Positions 26,136 to 37,016 of a stretch of 64,000 nucleotides of DNA are shown here, piece by piece. The position numbers and the translations under genes are program-made. Below the pieces are notes generated by a model. It saw only the letters and a list, made by a program, of their open reading frames with translations. It was not told the origin of the DNA and searched no databases. The DNA lies in the NCBI GenBank assembly GCA_046952735.1, contig JBKUJR010000002.1, positions 28,852 to 92,851 on the forward strand, read 5' to 3'. Source of the stretch: Clostridia bacterium (GTDB lineage: Bacteria; Bacillota; Clostridia; UBA1212; UBA1255). Numbering within the stretch: position 1 is the stretch's first letter; the number at the start of each line of letters is the position of its first letter.

Positions 26136-27353
26136 ATGGAAAGAGGCGGAGACATGGACGGAAATGGTATAAATATATCTCTTTTAAAAGAACTTTTTGT
26201 AAAGTATTATGGAAAGTCCAGCCATGAAATACGCGTGTTTACTGCGCCGGGACGCGTAAATCTGATCGGCGAACATATCGATTACTGCGGCGGTTTTGTT
26301 TTTCCCGCGGCATTGACGCTATCCTGCGCCGCTGCGGTGCGGCTGAACGGCAGCGATCTGATCCGTTTCCGCGCAGATGATCTGGATACGGAATTTACGC
26401 TCGATTTAAAAGATACTCTGGCGGGAAAATCGCTGAAATGGGGAAGCTATCAGGCCGGCGTGATCCACGGTTTGTTGGAAAAAGGATACCGCGTCCGCGG
26501 CATGGATATGCTGTTTACCGGAAATATTCCTTTTGGCTCCGGTCTTTCTTCTTCCGCCGCCATCGAATTGGTTACGGCGGTCGCCGCTGCGGCGCTCTCT
26601 GACAACATTGCGGAGAAAGGGATCGATCTCGTGCAAATGGCGCTGATCGGCCAGAATGCCGAACATACGTTTTGCGGCGTGAACTGCGGAATTATGGATC
26701 AGTTTGCTTCCGCAATGGGCAAAAAAAATCATGCGCTCCTGCTGGACTGCGCTGCCTTAGAATATAAATATGTGCCTTTGGAGCTTGGCGACTATACGCT
26801 GGTGCTCGCCAATACGCGGAAAAAGCATGCGCTTGGCGCCTCGGCATACAATAAGCGCCGCGAGGAGGTCGCGGAAGGGCTGCTCCGGATCAACAGCGCC
26901 CTCGGGGAACGCCGCGCGCATTTATGCGATTTTAACGAATCGGAATATCGGGCTGCGGAACCGAAACTGGGCGCGGATAAAGTGAAAGACAGAATCGAGC
27001 ATGTGATCTGTGAAAACGAGCGCGTCAAAAAAGCCGTTTCCGTATTGGAAAACGGCGATTTGTGCGCATTCGGCAGAATATTATGCGAGGCAAACGCATC
27101 GATCCGCGACCTTTATGAGGTTACCGGTCCGGAATTGGATGCGATGTTTGAAATCGCAACCCATACGGACGGCTGCATCGGCGCCCGCATGACAGGCGCC
27201 GGATTCGGAGGCTGTACCGTAAATATCGTGCGAAAGGATTTTACAGATTCTTTTATCCGCAGCGTCGGAAACGCCTATACCGCACAAACGGGAATCATAC
27301 CGGAATTTTACGTCTGCACTGCCGGCGACGGCGCAAGAGAAATCTTTTCATAA
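26136..27353 (+). CDS. galK: galactokinase
   Basis: The GalK signature RVNLIGEHIDYCGG, and a GHMP kinase ATP-binding motif (PFGSGLSSSAA). Confidence 0.92.
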   Translation: MERGGDMDGNGINISLLKELFVKYYGKSSHEIRVFTAPGRVNLIGEHIDYCGGFVFPAALTLSCAAAVRLNGSDLIRFRADDLDTEFTLDLKDTLAGKSLKWGSYQAGVIHGLLEKGYRVRGMDMLFTGNIPFGSGLSSSAAIELVTAVAAAALSDNIAEKGIDLVQMALIGQNAEHTFCGVNCGIMDQFASAMGKKNHALLLDCAALEYKYVPLELGDYTLVLANTRKKHALGASAYNKRREEVAEGLLRINSALGERRAHLCDFNESEYRAAEPKLGADKVKDRIEHVICENERVKKAVSVLENGDLCAFGRILCEANASIRDLYEVTGPELDAMFEIATHTDGCIGARMTGAGFGGCTVNIVRKDFTDSFIRSVGNAYTAQTGIIPEFYVCTAGDGAREIFS

Positions 27354-27914
27354 AAGAATCTGTGCGCGCACAGATTCCGCCTCTTCCGAAAGACCTAAGC
27401 CGCGCAGAATTTCCAGGCCGAAATCGATTGCGGTTCCTGCGGAACGGCTCGTGATTACGGTGCCGTCGCGTACCACGCGGTCCTGTGTGTATTCCGCACA
27501 GGAAGCCGGGTCGATACAATCCGGATAGGAGGTCGCCTTTTTTCCTTTAAGAATCCCTGCTTTTTCAAATATGCAGGGAGCGGCGCAGATCGCGGCCGTT
27601 ATTTTACCTTTTTGATAAAATGCTTTTACGATCCGGATGACGCGTTCGTCGTCGCGCAGCGTTCCTGCGTTCGGCTGGCCGCCGGGCAAAATGACGCCGT
27701 CATAAATCTCCGAAATTTTCGCAGCGCCTTCCGAATCTATTGTCTCAGGCAATACGCTGTCGGAGAGGAAGCGAATGCCGCGTGCGCCATTGACGGTATT
27801 CCGTCCCGTAATACTACAGATTTCTACGGATACGCCCGCTCTTCTCAAAAGATCGGCCGGCGCCGCCGCCTCGATTTCTTCAAATCCATCTGATAAAAGC
27901 ATGAACAGTTTCAT
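27348..27914 (-). CDS. DJ-1/PfpI (ThiJ) family protein, 188 aa
   Basis: The nucleophile-elbow Cys in AAICAAP, typical of the DJ-1 fold. Confidence 0.85.
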   Translation of the reverse strand: MKLFMLLSDGFEEIEAAAPADLLRRAGVSVEICSITGRNTVNGARGIRFLSDSVLPETIDSEGAAKISEIYDGVILPGGQPNAGTLRDDERVIRIVKAFYQKGKITAAICAAPCIFEKAGILKGKKATSYPDCIDPASCAEYTQDRVVRDGTVITSRSAGTAIDFGLEILRGLGLSEEAESVRAQILL

Positions 27915-27953
27915 TCTATCAAATCCTTTCTTTCCTATTCTTTCTGTAAAATA

Positions 27954-29372
27954 TTATAAATCCTCCGCTCCGGATGCGTTTTGTCCGAATAAAGGATTCA
28001 ATTCATTGATTCCGGATATGTATTTCACCGTGTGGGCGGGATAGGAACCGCCGGCCAAGAATTTTTGCAGCGCCTCTTGATTGCCCTTCGGCACGACGCA
28101 GCGCCTGAAGCCCATGCGAAATGCCTCCGAAACACGCTTTTCGGCCTGGCTGACGCTGCGGATTTCACCCGTCAGCCCAACTTCTCCAAATATTACCGTG
28201 TCATGCGGAATCGTTTGATTCCGGTACGCAGACATCAGCGCTGCTGCAATGGCGGCATCCGCGGCCGGTTCATCGATCCGCATCCCGCCGATAACGTTGA
28301 CATACGCATCGCAATCGCACATTTTATAGCCTGCTCTTTTTTCCAGAACCGCAATCAGCAGCGAGATTCTGTTATAATCGAGCCCCGTTGTCATTCTGCG
28401 CGGATTGGCAAGCGTCGTATTGGAAACCAGCGCCTGTACTTCCAGAAGCATTGGACGCGTCCCTTCCATCGTACAAACGACTGCGGTTCCCGCAGCATCC
28501 GCCGGTCTGCCTTCCAGCATCACGGCAGAAGGATTCGAAACCTCCGCAAGGCCGTCTTCCCGCATTTCAAATACGCCGATTTCGTTTGTGGAACCGAACC
28601 TGTTTTTCACACATCGTAAGATCCTGTACGCCTGATAGCGTTCTCCTTCAAAATACAAGACGGTGTCCACCATATGTTCCAGCACGCGGGGACCTGCGAT
28701 GCCGCCGTCTTTCGTCACATGACCGATAATAAATATGGATATATTCATGCTTTTGGCAATCCGCAGCAAACGTCCTGTAATTTCCCGAACCTGGCTGACG
28801 CTTCCCGGAGCCGAAGCAATTTCATCGTCATAAATCGTCTGTATGGAATCGATCACGATATAATCCGGCCTGATCCGTTCGATTTCGCTTTCGATATTGC
28901 CGATCAGCGTTTCGGAAAAGAGATATAAATTTTCCGCAGTCACATGGAGCCTGTCTGCGCGCATTTTGATCTGCTGCGCAGATTCTTCGCCGGAAACATA
29001 TAATACGTTCCGTTTCTGCGCCATATTTCCGGAGAGCATCAGCATCATCGTAGATTTTCCAATGCCGGGATCTCCTGCCGCCAGAATCAAAGATCCCTTG
29101 ACGATCCCGCCGCCCAGAACGCGGTCCAATTCCCCGATTTCCGTTGCGTCGCGCTTGCTGACATCTGCGGTGATTTCCCGGATCGGCGCCGCTTTGCTCT
29201 GCACATGGACGCCCTGAAAGCCGAAAGAATTGCCGCCCCCGCTTTTCTTATCCGTCTGGATTTTTTCTTCTGCAAAAGTATTCCAATTCTGGCAGGCGGG
29301 GCACTTTCCGAGCCATCCGCTCGATTCATACCCGCATTCCGTGCAGTAAAATACCGTTTTCGCTTTAGCCAT
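27954..29372 (-). CDS. radA: DNA repair protein RadA/Sms
   Basis: N-terminal C4 zinc finger (CTECGY...CPAC), RecA-like Walker A GDPGIGKST, KNRFG motif, and a Lon-like C-terminal domain. The start is taken at MAKAKT, 8 nt inside the clpC 3' end. Confidence 0.95.
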   Translation of the reverse strand: MAKAKTVFYCTECGYESSGWLGKCPACQNWNTFAEEKIQTDKKSGGGNSFGFQGVHVQSKAAPIREITADVSKRDATEIGELDRVLGGGIVKGSLILAAGDPGIGKSTMMLMLSGNMAQKRNVLYVSGEESAQQIKMRADRLHVTAENLYLFSETLIGNIESEIERIRPDYIVIDSIQTIYDDEIASAPGSVSQVREITGRLLRIAKSMNISIFIIGHVTKDGGIAGPRVLEHMVDTVLYFEGERYQAYRILRCVKNRFGSTNEIGVFEMREDGLAEVSNPSAVMLEGRPADAAGTAVVCTMEGTRPMLLEVQALVSNTTLANPRRMTTGLDYNRISLLIAVLEKRAGYKMCDCDAYVNVIGGMRIDEPAADAAIAAALMSAYRNQTIPHDTVIFGEVGLTGEIRSVSQAEKRVSEAFRMGFRRCVVPKGNQEALQKFLAGGSYPAHTVKYISGINELNPLFGQNASGAEDL

Positions 29373-31851
29373 CGACGACCACCACCGCGCCGTCTTTTGC
29401 AGAGATATGGATTTCCTTCTGCTTCGAAGACAGTACCAGTTCCGCGACTTTATCCTCGATCTCATTTTGCAGGAGCCGTTTGATCGGCCGCGCGCCGTAT
29501 AATGGGCTGTACCCTTTTTCCGCAATATAATTCGCCGCATCATCGTCGATCTTCAATCGAATGCCGTTTGCCGCAGCGCGCGCTTCCAGCTGGGCAATGA
29601 GAATATCCGTGATCCGCCGGATTTCTTCCTTTGTAAGCTGTTTGAATACGAGGATATCGTCGATCCTGTTCAGAAATTCAGGTTTGAACGTCCGTTTCAA
29701 TTCTTCATTTACGCCGGATTTCATCCGCTCATATTTTTCTGCTTCGTTATATTGCGTAAAGCCAAGCGTTTTCGGCTCCGTAATATTTCGCGCGCCTACG
29801 TTGGACGTCATGATGATGACCGTATTTTTAAAGTCGATCTGCCTGCCTTTCGCATCCGTAATCTGTCCCTCGTCCAGGATCTGGAGCAGAATATTGAAAA
29901 TATCCGGATGCGCTTTCTCGATTTCATCGAAAAGGACGACGGAGTACGGCTGATTTCTGACTTTTTGCGAGAGGATCGGCTCGTCGGAAAATCCGACGTA
30001 TCCCGGCGGCGAACCAATCAGCTTTGAAACGCTGTGCGCTTCCATATATTCCGACATATCGAAACGGATAAGCGAATGCTCGTCGCCGAACAACGCTTCG
30101 GCGAGCGCCCGGCATACTTCCGTTTTTCCGACGCCGGTCGGCCCGAGGAAAATGAAAGATCCGACTGGTTTTTTGGGATCTTTCAGCCCTGTTCTGCCCC
30201 GCCGGATGGCTTTTGCGACGGAAGAGACCGCTTCCTCCTGCCCGATCACCCGTTTATGCATCACCGCTTCAATATGCAGGAGGCGCTGCGCTTCATCCAC
30301 GTCCAACTTGGAAAGAGGAATCCCCGTCCATGTGGAAACCACTTCGGAAATGTCATTTTCCGTGACGGCGCTGCGATCTTCCTTTCTCCTGCCGGATCCG
30401 CTTTGCTCCATTTCTTTGCGTAATGCAAGTTCCTGTTTCCTGTAATCGGCAGCTTTGTCAAATTCTCCAAGCAGCATCGCTTCATCGCGTTTTTCCCGTA
30501 ATTCCAGAATTTTTGCTTCTTCGTTTTCGGTTTCGCGGAAGGAGGGCGTATCTTTCACGATGTGCTTTGCGGAAGCCGCCTCGTCGATCAGATCGATTGC
30601 CTTGTCCGGAAGGAAGCGGTCATTGATATATCGCTTCGACAAATGTACGGCCGCCCGGATCGCTTCTTCCGAAATCGTTACGCCGTGATATTTTTCATAA
30701 ACGCCCCTGATGCCCTGCAGGATTTTGACGGCCTGTTCTTCATCCGGCTCCGTGATTTGCAGCGGCTGGAACCGTCTTTCAAGCGCCGGGTCCTTCTCGA
30801 TATATTTTCTGTATTCCCGCAGCGTTGTAGAGCCGATCACCTTGATATATCCTCTTGAAAGCTCCGGTTTTAATATATTGGCCGCATCAAGAGAGCCTTC
30901 GGCGTTGCCTGTGCCGATAATCGTATGGAGTTCATCGAAAAACAACACGATATCTTTGTCTTCTTTTGCTTCCGCAATCACGCGTTTAAAGCGTTCTTCA
31001 AACTCTCCCCTGTATTTCGTACCGGAAACCAGCCCCGACAGGTCGATCGAGATAATCCGTTTGTTTCTGACGCCGTCGGGAACATTTCCCTCTGCGATCA
31101 GCTGCGCCAGGCCTTCCACGATCGCGGTCTTGCCAACGCCGGGCTCGCCTACCAGGCAGGGGTTATTTTTCGTTTTTCTCCCGAGTATCTGCAAAACGCG
31201 TTTCATTTCTTCTTCGCGGCCGATGATCTTATCGTATTTTCCTTCCGCGGCCATCTTTGTCATATCCGTTCCGTATTTTATCAGGAACGGGACCTCCTCG
31301 CCGCCGTTTTTGATATAATCCACCGCAAGCAGCTCCATCGGGGCGATATCGTCCGTCACGCGCTTCTGTTTCTGCAAATCCGCCGTGAATTCGTCTGTCT
31401 GCAGCATCGCCACGATATCCTTGAAGAGTTGCGTCGGTTCTATATTCATATCGATGAGGACGCGCACCGCGATGCTGTCGATTTCCCGGAAAATGGAAAC
31501 GAGCAGATGCTCCGTTCCGACCGTATCGTGCCCGTAATGCAGCGCGGTTTCTTTGCTGCGCTTAATCACCCGCTCACAGGCGATGGTATAGTACATTTCC
31601 CCCGTATACGTGCCGCGGACTGCCGCGGATTGATTGACCAGGCGTAAAATCGACGTCCGGATCCTGTCGGGGCGCAAGTCGTTCTGCTGCAGGACCATCC
31701 CTGCGATGCCGACGGCATCCGTACACAGGCCGAGAAGCAGATGTTCCGTTCCCACTACATTGCTGCCGAGACTCCGCGCCTCTTCTTCCGCGATCACGAT
31801 TGCTTTATTTGCTTTCTCTGTAAAATTGATACCATTAAAATCCTTTAGCAT
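29365..31851 (-). CDS. clpC: ATP-dependent Clp protease ATP-binding subunit ClpC
   Basis: Two Clp_N repeats, a UVR coiled coil, two AAA+ modules (GEPGVGKTA, GPTGVGKTE) and the ClpP-docking loop. The start is taken at MLKDFNGINFTEKA. Confidence 0.95.
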   Translation of the reverse strand: MLKDFNGINFTEKANKAIVIAEEEARSLGSNVVGTEHLLLGLCTDAVGIAGMVLQQNDLRPDRIRTSILRLVNQSAAVRGTYTGEMYYTIACERVIKRSKETALHYGHDTVGTEHLLVSIFREIDSIAVRVLIDMNIEPTQLFKDIVAMLQTDEFTADLQKQKRVTDDIAPMELLAVDYIKNGGEEVPFLIKYGTDMTKMAAEGKYDKIIGREEEMKRVLQILGRKTKNNPCLVGEPGVGKTAIVEGLAQLIAEGNVPDGVRNKRIISIDLSGLVSGTKYRGEFEERFKRVIAEAKEDKDIVLFFDELHTIIGTGNAEGSLDAANILKPELSRGYIKVIGSTTLREYRKYIEKDPALERRFQPLQITEPDEEQAVKILQGIRGVYEKYHGVTISEEAIRAAVHLSKRYINDRFLPDKAIDLIDEAASAKHIVKDTPSFRETENEEAKILELREKRDEAMLLGEFDKAADYRKQELALRKEMEQSGSGRRKEDRSAVTENDISEVVSTWTGIPLSKLDVDEAQRLLHIEAVMHKRVIGQEEAVSSVAKAIRRGRTGLKDPKKPVGSFIFLGPTGVGKTEVCRALAEALFGDEHSLIRFDMSEYMEAHSVSKLIGSPPGYVGFSDEPILSQKVRNQPYSVVLFDEIEKAHPDIFNILLQILDEGQITDAKGRQIDFKNTVIIMTSNVGARNITEPKTLGFTQYNEAEKYERMKSGVNEELKRTFKPEFLNRIDDILVFKQLTKEEIRRITDILIAQLEARAAANGIRLKIDDDAANYIAEKGYSPLYGARPIKRLLQNEIEDKVAELVLSSKQKEIHISAKDGAVVVVDG

Positions 31852-31871
31852 AATACCTCCTGAAGATGGTT

Positions 31872-32846
31872 TCAGCGAACCGTCAAAAGCTCGAGCGCCG
31901 TCGTATCTTTGATCCGTCCGCTCTTGATCGACAAATCCATTTCCTCGCATAATTCGATTTTATCTTTGATTTCTTGCAGCTCCATATGCGCCGCCTGGCG
32001 TGCCAGCTTTCCTGCCGCAAAATCTTTTATCCCAAGAAGCGCGGCGATTTCTGACGTTTTGGCGCCGCTGTCCGCAAGAAGCCTGGCGCTGTACAATTGC
32101 GACCACATTTTACTGAGGATCGCAATGATTTTGACCGGAGGTTCTTTCTCCTCGAGCAAGCTTCTCAGAATAAAATACGATCTGTTCGTATCCCCGGCGG
32201 CGACGGCATCGTTTAAGTCGAACAGGCGCGCGCCTAAACGCATGCTGCATAAAGCATCCACATGCTTTTTTTCGATTTCAGCCCCTTCCGGAACATATAA
32301 GATCAGTTTTTCGACTTCCGACATCAATTTGGAGATGTCGTCTCCGATCCCTTCGATCATATATTGCAGCACGCCGTCCCCGACGGCTCTGCCGGCTGTT
32401 TTCACCGCATGGGCAAGTACCTTTTTGATTTCTCCAGGCGCTTGCCGTTTACAATTGAATACGATTCCAAGTTCGCACGTTTTTTTATAGAATTTATTTC
32501 GTTTGTCCGCCTCTTCTTCTTTAAATACGAGATAAGTATCCCCTGCTTCCGCATTTTCCAGAAAAGAAGGATCTCCTGCCGCTTTGAAAAAGCCGCTTCC
32601 GCTGATGACGGCAAGCTTTCTTTCTCCGAACATCGATACGGATGCGCATAGCGCGCCGATCTCTTTGGGATCAGCTTCCGGTCCAAAAAAGTAACAGTTC
32701 ATACGGTCACAGTCCAGCCTCTTTCGGATCCGCTCCGTATACAGATCTTTCAGATAATTTTCCGGACCGTAAAAGAGATAGACATGTTTCAGTTCCTCTT
32801 GATTCAGGTGATTTTTGATCGATTTGATATCTTCGATTTCTGCCAT
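31872..32846 (-). CDS. holA: DNA polymerase III delta subunit
   Basis: Delta N-terminal domain (HVYLFYGPENYL) and its position directly downstream of comEC. Confidence 0.8.
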   Translation of the reverse strand: MAEIEDIKSIKNHLNQEELKHVYLFYGPENYLKDLYTERIRKRLDCDRMNCYFFGPEADPKEIGALCASVSMFGERKLAVISGSGFFKAAGDPSFLENAEAGDTYLVFKEEEADKRNKFYKKTCELGIVFNCKRQAPGEIKKVLAHAVKTAGRAVGDGVLQYMIEGIGDDISKLMSEVEKLILYVPEGAEIEKKHVDALCSMRLGARLFDLNDAVAAGDTNRSYFILRSLLEEKEPPVKIIAILSKMWSQLYSARLLADSGAKTSEIAALLGIKDFAAGKLARQAAHMELQEIKDKIELCEEMDLSIKSGRIKDTTALELLTVR

Positions 32847-35032
32847 GGATGCAGCTTTCCCTTTCTCATTGTAATTCTGACGGCGCCGCACAGATCGCTT
32901 CTGTACAGTTTCACACCGGCGTTTTCCAATGTCTCCGTCACACGTCCGGAAGGATGGCCGTAACGATTCTTTCTGCCAACACTTATTATAGCATATTCAG
33001 GCGAAATTATCGAAATATTTTTCTCTTCGCTGCCGCTGTCCGAACCATGATGCGCCACCGCCAGCACATCCGTTTTACCAATCCATTTGTTTTCTATAAA
33101 ATGATCTTCCGTTTCCCGTTCGATATCTCCGGTAAAAAGAACGCTCCCGTTGATGTTTCCGGCGGACATGACGAGAGAACTGTTATTCACGTCGCTATTT
33201 TCCGCGGAAATCATGTAATTTTCATTTGCATATAAATTGACGTGTAAATCTCCGAAAAGATATTCCCCCCTTCCGCGGATCCGGATAACTGTTACGTTCC
33301 GGGACGCCGCTTCCCGGCAAAGCGCCGCGGCGCCTGTATCATACGGATTATCCGGCACAAGGATACACTTCACAGTATGCTCTTTTAAAACATCGGATAT
33401 TCCTCCCGCATGATCCGAATGCCCGTGTGTCAGCAAAATAAAATCCAGCGTTCCGATCCCCTGCCGGAACAGCAAGCTGCTGATATCCGTTTTTCCGTCG
33501 CCGCCATCGATCAGACCGCAGATTTCTCTGGTACGGATCAATGCGGAAAATCCCTGCCCAACATCGAAAAACAGGATTTCCGTCCGATCCGCGCGTATCC
33601 ACCAGGAGGTGAAGAAGACGGCGCATCCCAAGATTACTGGCAGCACATGTCTCTTGATAAATGCCGTATATCTTTTGTGCAATACGATCCATAATACGGC
33701 ATAGTATAATATAATCGTCTGTATCTTCATGCCCGGCACGCGAAATGCGCCAAGCGGCGCCGGAATACCGGCTCCCACAGCAGAAACGCAGTCGAGTCCA
33801 TACAGCACCGCCGCAGTAAACGAAGCCGGTATTTTACACAGGATCGTTCCAGCCGGCAGAAAGTACGCAAGCCAGATGGAAAATCCCGACATACAGATCC
33901 AATACGCCAACTTCGAGGCAAAAACGGTTGCCAGTATTCCGATCGGAGAAAGGCTGTTGAAAAAGGTTATCAGAAGCGGCGTCATTCCTAAATTCACCGC
34001 AACGCCGGAAGCGATACATCCCGGTATTTTTCCAAAGAAAAAAATTCGTTTTGTCAGCGCCGGTTTTATCAAAAGGATGGAACCCGCCGCCGCATAACTC
34101 AGCAAGAATCCGCTGTGATGCAGAACGAACGGATTTGCAGCAAGCTGTATCGCGCAGGACGCCAAGAGCGCATTTTTCATTTGATAGGGACGTTTCAGGA
34201 CTTTTGCCACGAGAATATAAGAATTCTGCAGCACCGCCCGCGTTACGGAAGGCGAAAAATCGGCAAGGCAGGCAAACAGCAAAAGGAAAAGGATGCAAGA
34301 AGCCATTCTGGGCGCATAACCGATCTTTTTCCGGGATAACAGACGCAGGATAAAATTCTGTACAAAGCCCACATGCATACCGGAAACCGCCATGACATGT
34401 GCGATCCCCGCATCGCGGTAATTCCGCATGTTTTCCGGGTCGATTCCTCCCGTATCGCCCGTTAATACGGCCATCGCCACAGCCGCATTCTGCGGCCCGA
34501 GCGTTTCTTCGAGCGCAAGAGCAAGGCTTTGCCGCGCCTGCGCCGCTTTGCAGCGGCAGAATGTTTTTATTTTAAAAGACAGCGCGATTTGCGCTTCCGA
34601 TATAAGTTGTATCTGTTCGTTCTTCGGATACGAGATATAGTTTACGTTCCGGCTTGCAAGATACTCTTTCTGATCAAAGCCTCCCGGGTTCGTAGAATGT
34701 TTCGGCAAAGCAACGGAACGCGCAGGAGTTTGCAGGCGCACGTATCTGCCGGTTCGCAGGTTTGTTAAAAGTTCCTCATTCAGCCTGCCGACAGAAAGAA
34801 GGATCCGTTCTCCCTTTTGCGGAATAAAAATCAGCTGATCGCCTTTATTCCAGACAGCACGATATACGAAGCCTTCTATGTATTCCGGGAAATCCGGAAC
34901 GTCTGCAGGAAGCGCTGCGCTTCCGGGGCGGATCCGGAGCAGGGATACGACCAGGAGTAAGCAAAATACGGCCGGAATAAAATAGTTTCCGGCCATTCTG
35001 CCAAAGAAGCGTATCTGATTCTTCAATTTCAT
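32804..35032 (-). CDS. comEC: DNA internalisation competence protein ComEC/Rec2
   Basis: Competence polytopic membrane domain plus a C-terminal metallo-beta-lactamase (LLTHGHSDHAGG). The start is taken at MKLKNQ, sharing 1 nt with the spoVAEB stop. Confidence 0.85.
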   Translation of the reverse strand: MKLKNQIRFFGRMAGNYFIPAVFCLLLVVSLLRIRPGSAALPADVPDFPEYIEGFVYRAVWNKGDQLIFIPQKGERILLSVGRLNEELLTNLRTGRYVRLQTPARSVALPKHSTNPGGFDQKEYLASRNVNYISYPKNEQIQLISEAQIALSFKIKTFCRCKAAQARQSLALALEETLGPQNAAVAMAVLTGDTGGIDPENMRNYRDAGIAHVMAVSGMHVGFVQNFILRLLSRKKIGYAPRMASCILFLLLFACLADFSPSVTRAVLQNSYILVAKVLKRPYQMKNALLASCAIQLAANPFVLHHSGFLLSYAAAGSILLIKPALTKRIFFFGKIPGCIASGVAVNLGMTPLLITFFNSLSPIGILATVFASKLAYWICMSGFSIWLAYFLPAGTILCKIPASFTAAVLYGLDCVSAVGAGIPAPLGAFRVPGMKIQTIILYYAVLWIVLHKRYTAFIKRHVLPVILGCAVFFTSWWIRADRTEILFFDVGQGFSALIRTREICGLIDGGDGKTDISSLLFRQGIGTLDFILLTHGHSDHAGGISDVLKEHTVKCILVPDNPYDTGAAALCREAASRNVTVIRIRGRGEYLFGDLHVNLYANENYMISAENSDVNNSSLVMSAGNINGSVLFTGDIERETEDHFIENKWIGKTDVLAVAHHGSDSGSEEKNISIISPEYAIISVGRKNRYGHPSGRVTETLENAGVKLYRSDLCGAVRITMRKGKLHPWQKSKISNRSKIT

Positions 35033-35403
35033 CAATGCTTCTTGCTTTTTGGTTTCGATATGAGGGCCGCAATCAGCGCCAAAAAAACGGCTGTAATGAT
35101 GCCGGAGGCAACGTCCGCCAGGCCTCCTGTAAAAATCCCTCTGAAACCATATTGATCTACGGCTTTGAATACTCCGTTGCAAAGGGAATATCCAAATCCG
35201 GTAAGCGGAATCGTAGCGCCGAAGTTTCCGAATTTTACGACATATTTATATACGCCGATGGCCGTCAGAAATACGCCTGCTACGACGTATAATACTAAAA
35301 TCCGCGCGGAAGTCAGCTTTGTTTTATCGATCAGAATCTGTGCGATCACGCACAGGAGACCGCCAACTACGAATACACATAAATATTTTAATAGAAAGTC
35401 CAT
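35032..35403 (-). CDS. spoVAEB: stage V sporulation protein AE (SpoVAEB-type), 123 aa
   Basis: SpoVAC/SpoVAEB-family membrane protein downstream of spoVAD. Confidence 0.75.
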   Translation of the reverse strand: MDFLLKYLCVFVVGGLLCVIAQILIDKTKLTSARILVLYVVAGVFLTAIGVYKYVVKFGNFGATIPLTGFGYSLCNGVFKAVDQYGFRGIFTGGLADVASGIITAVFLALIAALISKPKSKKH

Positions 35404-35430
35404 CTCTTATACCTCTCTTTGAACGCCGGT

Positions 35431-36456
35431 TTACTGCGCTTCGACTGCAACCGCATGCGCGATTCCGGAAATACTTTCCGATTGTTTTACGGAAATCGGG
35501 CTCATCAGCGCACCCGTGCCGACAAACAATATTTTTTTGAGAATTCCATATTGCAGCTGCTTGTAAAAATAATTGGCAAAAACCGCCGTGCCGCAGCCGC
35601 AGCCGCTGCCGCCGGAATTCGTATTTTGCTGAACCGGGTCAAAAATCATCGCGCCGCAATCCTGATGGCGAAAGCTGCCTTTTTCCGTATCATACAAACT
35701 GTATCCGTGCATATCCATGATTTCACGCAGCATCCCGCTTCCGGTCAATCCGAGATCGCCGGTGATAATGGCATCGTAATATCCCGGTTCGAGTCCGAGA
35801 TCCGAAAGGTGTGCGATGATGGTATCCGCCGCTGCCGGCGCCATTGCCGCGCCCATATTATTGGAATCGGTTACATTGTAATCCGTTATTTTTCCGATCG
35901 TCACGGAAGTAATCATCGGTCCGCCCGCCTCGGAGGAGAGCAGCATACCCCCGGCTGCGGTTACCGTCCACTGTGCGGTCGGAGGCCGCTGCCCGCCCTG
36001 CTCCACAGGCATCCGGAAAGTTTTCTCTGCCGCGCAGAAATTACTGGACGCCATACAGATGATATTGTTCATCCCGCCGCTGTTGATCAGAAGCGAGGCA
36101 GCCGCCATCCCTTCCGCGATCGTGGAGCACGCGCCGAACAGCCCGAGATACGGAACGCCGGAATCCCGCAGCCCGATGGAGGACGCGATACATTGATTCA
36201 TCAGGTCTCCCGCCAGAACGCAGTCGATATCGTCGCTCTTTTTGTCGATTTTCCCTAAAAGTTTCTGGAAGGCGGCCGTCGCAAATTTTGCTTCTGCTTT
36301 TTCCCACGTTTTTTCATCGTAATCTTCCTGCTGAACTTCATCGAAATATTCTCCCAACGGACCTTCTTTCTCCCGCGGGCCTACGATTGCAGCCGTTTCT
36401 TTGATATAAACTTTCCGATCATTCGTATATGTCTGTTTTCCTTGTTTCGTAGACAT
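35431..36456 (-). CDS. spoVAD: stage V sporulation protein AD
   Basis: Thiolase/FabH-like fold characteristic of SpoVAD (…GLFGACSTIAEGMA…). Confidence 0.9.
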   Translation of the reverse strand: MSTKQGKQTYTNDRKVYIKETAAIVGPREKEGPLGEYFDEVQQEDYDEKTWEKAEAKFATAAFQKLLGKIDKKSDDIDCVLAGDLMNQCIASSIGLRDSGVPYLGLFGACSTIAEGMAAASLLINSGGMNNIICMASSNFCAAEKTFRMPVEQGGQRPPTAQWTVTAAGGMLLSSEAGGPMITSVTIGKITDYNVTDSNNMGAAMAPAAADTIIAHLSDLGLEPGYYDAIITGDLGLTGSGMLREIMDMHGYSLYDTEKGSFRHQDCGAMIFDPVQQNTNSGGSGCGCGTAVFANYFYKQLQYGILKKILFVGTGALMSPISVKQSESISGIAHAVAVEAQ

Positions 36457-36470
36457 ACGTACTCTCCCCC

Positions 36471-36953
36471 TTATTTTATCAGATAATAAATAAAGCCTGC
36501 CACTACGGATGCAGCCGTTCCGTAGACGATGACCGGACCGGCCACCTGAAACATCTGCGCGCCGACGCCTAAAATAAAGCCTTCGCTTTTATATTCCATA
36601 GCAGGCGACGTGATGGAGTTGGCAAAACCGGTGATCGGCACGATGGTTCCCGCGCCTGCAATGCCGCCGATTTCGTCATATACGTTCAAAGCGGTAAGCA
36701 GAACACCGAGAAATACCATGAACATCACCGTAAGCGCTTTCCCGTTTTCTTCGCTGATGCTCCCGAAAACAGAAGCCACGGCTTTGCTCATCAAAATATC
36801 GTAATACGCTTGCGCGATAATACAAATAATTCCTCCGAACAAAAACGCCATGGCGCAGTTTTTAACGATACCGGACTTTTTCGAATATTTATCCGTCATC
36901 TCGGTATACTTTTCTTTTGTAAGTTTGTTGAGATTGTCGCTCATATATTTCAA
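36471..36953 (-). CDS. spoVAC: stage V sporulation protein AC
   Basis: SpoVAC-family 4-TM membrane protein. It is the first gene of the spoVA cluster. Confidence 0.85.
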   Translation of the reverse strand: MKYMSDNLNKLTKEKYTEMTDKYSKKSGIVKNCAMAFLFGGIICIIAQAYYDILMSKAVASVFGSISEENGKALTVMFMVFLGVLLTALNVYDEIGGIAGAGTIVPITGFANSITSPAMEYKSEGFILGVGAQMFQVAGPVIVYGTAASVVAGFIYYLIK

Positions 36954-37016
36954 TACCTCCGTTTATTTGCCATTACGGAGATATTGTTTCATATATGGAT
37001 ATTTTTATGCATAATT

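Noticed and set aside
35419-36258. 279-aa plus-strand ORF antisense to spoVAD.
   Set aside because: It overlaps a gene with a clear thiolase-like SpoVAD sequence, has no recognisable motifs, and its composition is Arg/Ala-rich from reverse translation of a GC-rich frame.
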